NCBI GenBank assembly: GCA_964016885.1
Contig: OZ024741.1
Location: 188,542,001-188,606,000, forward strand
Reading direction: 5' to 3'
DNA length: 64,000 nucleotides
From: Eledone cirrhosa
Taxonomy: Eukaryota
Numbering within the stretch: the first letter of the stretch is position 1; every line of letters starts with the position of its first letter. The position numbers were made by a program, and so were the translations under genes. The notes beneath the pieces are model-generated. The model ran no database searches, had not been told where the DNA came from, and saw nothing but the letters and a program-made list of their open reading frames with translations. Below are positions 60,599-64,000 of the stretch, in pieces.

Positions 60599-60897
60599 AA
60601 ATAGACAAAATAGATAATGATATGACACTATATATTCAATCAGTAATACCCCATACACTGGTTCTGTAGTAAGTATATCTAGAGAATACATGTGCTCATC
60701 CTGCAACAAGCCAGAGGAAGAGTTGAACTCGAGATTGATAGATAACAAATTAATCATCAACTCTAAAGTGCTGTTTACAGTCAATGTACCAAGCTTGTAA
60801 CACCAAAACAGTGATATAGAAGGTAAATGTAAGACCCAACATGAATGTTATAACTAACAAAGAAACTAAACTTCATGAGAATGACTGAAGGAAGATG

Positions 60898-61678
60898 TAA
60901 CCCTTTAGTATTTAAATTGGTTTTATCCAGCAAAAATTATCTCTCCTCTTTCTGTCCAAACCAGCCGTAACGGCTACTCATACTAACATTAAAGTATTGT
61001 TCTCAAAATAAATAATATCAAAATCTCATAGATTCAATATGTAAGATAAAGCCTTTACTGCGAAAATACAATAGTAAATATAGAGTAATGTAAATGTTAA
61101 AGGGTTAAAGATACACAAATGACACAGCTTCCTACAAAAGTAAAGACAACAGGTCATCAATAGTATTGTCTAAGTATGAGGGTTATTAAAAGAAAATGTC
61201 AGTATGCATGGTGGAGAATGCTAATATATTGAAGAGTGTAAAAATCTTTTTAACCCTTTAGCATTCACATTACTCTATATATACTACTATTGTATTTTGG
61301 TAGTAAACACTTTATCTTACATAATTATCTCACATAATATCGAATCTATGAGATTTTGATGTTATTTATCTTGAGAACAATACCTTAACACCAGTATGAG
61401 TGGCCAGTTACAGCCGATTTGAACAAAGAGGTGAGACATTTCTGGCCGGATATGGCCGGTTTGGATGCTAAAGGGTTAACCCTTTAGCATTTACATTACT
61501 CTATATATACTATTGTATTTTTGTGGTAAAAGCTTTATCTCTCATATCAAATCTATGCAATTTTGATATTTATTTTGAGACCAATACCTTAACATCAGTA
61601 TGAGTGGCCTGTTACAGCCAGTTTGAACAGAAAGAGGTGAGAGAATTCTGGCCGGATACAGCCAATTTAAATGCTAAA
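60898..61678. mobile_element. Cluster of three piggyBac-type MITEs (60898-61108; 61250-61479; 61476-61678)
   Basis: TIRs present; the last two share one TTAA at 61476-61479. Confidence 0.8.
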
Positions 61679-63029
61679 TAATCATTCAGGATATTTTGGA
61701 GCATGCCATCCCTTTCATGAGTAGCTGTTTAAATTCTGGCATCCAAAAGCACTACCTGACTAAATATACGATGCCAAACAAAATATATCTTCTAAGTATC
61801 TCATAACATAAATAATCTTTCAAAGCTTATTGTTCTTTAGAATAACTACTTGTTCTGTTTGTGAACTATGGCATTTATTAATCATTCAACATGAACTATG
61901 GTTCTTCTGAAGACCTTTTTCTTACTTAAGTAGATCTTCAAAATCTGTTACTCTCTAGATAAATACTTATTTCAATGGTGAAACTGTGACTGTATAAAAC
62001 ATTCATGCCTCTCTCTCTCTATCACAGAGTTATACTGTATCAGAACTCCCTATATAGATGTTAAAAGTCTTGCATCAAAAGTGAAATTATAATTGTATAA
62101 ATAATTCCAACTTATTTACTCATACACTATATGAGAATAATGATATATGTAATATATATCTATGCAATACTTAAGCTATCACTAATAGCTGTAACACTAG
62201 AATATAACCCAAACAAAACGAACCTCGTAACAGATTCGAGTGCTTCGAACAGTGTGCTGCCTGTAACTTGTTACAAACTTAACTAATATATATATATATA
62301 TAGGAAGTCAATATCTCAGACACCATCCACTTGCTTCAAGCCCCCCACCCCCCCATGGAGTGCAATATCTGTATTTCTCTCCCTCCTCCCAGCCCTCATT
62401 AATACTTCCCCAGCAAGACCAAGGACACTGTTGTAATGAGGTAATGCCGGTGCCATGACAAAAGCACCCAGTCCACCCTGTAAGGTAGTAGTGTCAGAAT
62501 CACAATAAAATGATTCTAGTACATGCTGTAAAGCAGTTGGTGTTAAGAAGAGCATCCAGCCATAAGAAACCATGCTTTAAAGTGGTTAACATTAGGAAGA
62601 GCATCTAGCTAACCCTACTGATGACATGATCAACTTCTACTGCTGGTGCCATGATAGAATGGACTCAGTATACTTTGGAAAGTGACAGTGTTCTTGCTAC
62701 AATAAAATGCGGCTAATACACTCCAAAAAGTGGTAGAGGTGGTGTCAAGATAAAATGCACTTTGTATAACTCTGGAGAGGTGGTATTGATGCCACAATAA
62801 AATGCATCCAGTACACTCAGTAAAATGGTGCTAGTGCCATGATAAAATCTCTCCTATCACACCCTATTGTTTTAAAAAAAGGAATGACAAAGGATAATAT
62901 AATCTCAGAAATTCTATCTGAAATTAAAAGAGGATGAACCAGGCTGGAACATATTTTGATCATATATCTACTATACCAGAGCTAACCTGAGGCTAAACTA
63001 CATCAATTGTTATTAATACTTTAACAAAA

Positions 63030-63440
63030 GTGGATTGGCAGTATCGGTAGAGCGTCAGACACCATGCTTTGTAGTATAGAGTTATGGACCTTTACATTCT
63101 AAGTTCAAATCCTGTCGAGGTGAGCTTTGCCTTTCATTCTTACGGGATCAATAAAATAAAGTACCAGTCACACACTGGGGTCGATTTAACCGACTTTCCC
63201 CTTCCCTAAAATTGCTGACCTTGTGCCTAAAGTAGAAACAATATTGGTAGAGCACTGGGGCAAATGCTTTGTGGTATTTAGTTAAAACTTTCTACATTCT
63301 GAGCTCAAATCCTGCTTAGGTTAACTTTCCTTTCATCCTTCCGAGGTCAATAATTTCAGTCACGTACTGGAGTCGATGTAATTGACTTTCCCACTCCCCA
63401 CAAATTGTTGGCCTTGTGCCTAAATAAGAAATCATTAATA
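63030..63440 (+). mobile_element. Two tandem Nin/Deu-like SINE copies
   Basis: Same head and domain as the 23096 units. Confidence 0.72.
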
Positions 63441-63599
63441 TTTTAAACAAATTTATTTTATTCTTTAGTACATATTTTTTGTTTTTACATTATATGTTTT
63501 GTTATAAATTTTGTCTGCTTTCTTTTGTTTGTTTTTGCTCTCCCAGGTAACGACCTTCATATAATGAGTAGGATTAACTTGGTAAACCGCTGCCCTTGA

Positions 63600-63877
63600 G
63601 GGGGAGAAGGGGAGACAGGAGAAAGAGAGAGAGTAAAGAAGGGGGAAGAAAAAGAGGAAGGAGTAAGATGGGAGGAGAACAGAGAGTGAATTTAAGAGAG
63701 TAAAAAAAGGAATAGAGAGAAGAGATGGAGGTTGGAGTGTGGAATAGAGAGAAAGAGTGTGAGAAGAGAAAGAGAGAAAGTAGTAAAGAGTAAAGAAGGA
63801 TTATGATATTAGAAGGCTAATTTGAGGAGTTTAAAGCCAGCATACCATTTAAGAGGATAAAGATGGCGGAATAAGAC

Positions 63878-63923
<46 letters not shown>
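63600..63923. repeat. Purine-rich low-complexity tract ending in (GA)n
   Basis: Direct reading; (GA)n at ~63881-63923. Confidence 0.9.
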
Positions 63924-63926
<3 letters not shown>

Positions 63927-64000
63927 GTTGAAGGGAGTAATGACTACTGTCTGTTGTGGTAGAGAGTGGTGGAGCTGGTGAGGGTAGGGATGGGTAGAGG

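Overview
Eukaryotic, AT-rich, repeat-dense genomic DNA. The SINE/LINE/MITE repertoire resembles an octopod cephalopod (inference, not searched). The + strand carries the 3' portion of a large intron-rich gene. I reconstruct 25 phase-consistent GT-AG exons from 1266 to 48816 (about 917 aa, 5' end upstream of the window). Its motifs (HYFWP, LETPGMRA, DRDEM, PSGRTLR...FDVP) identify it as LRPPRC, the mitochondrial leucine-rich PPR protein. Introns and the 3' flank are filled with RTE-clade LINEs (two subfamilies with an embedded PHD-type finger, plus Expander/Rex3-like pieces), CR1 fragments, mariner relics, tRNA-derived SINEs, piggyBac/hAT/Tc1-type MITEs and micro/minisatellites. The most notable signals are four. 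(i) Several unrelated hammerhead-ribozyme motifs lie in Penelope/retrozyme-like repeat structures inside the introns, including a ~315-nt circularly permuted monomer. (ii) A SINE subfamily appears to have swapped its LINE-partner tail, and both parental LINEs are in the window. (iii) A bipartite non-autonomous RTE element has a pseudoknot-like 5' end. (iv) A 67-bp hairpin ends just upstream of an LRPPRC acceptor. Most ORFs in the supplied track are microsatellite or repeat artefacts.
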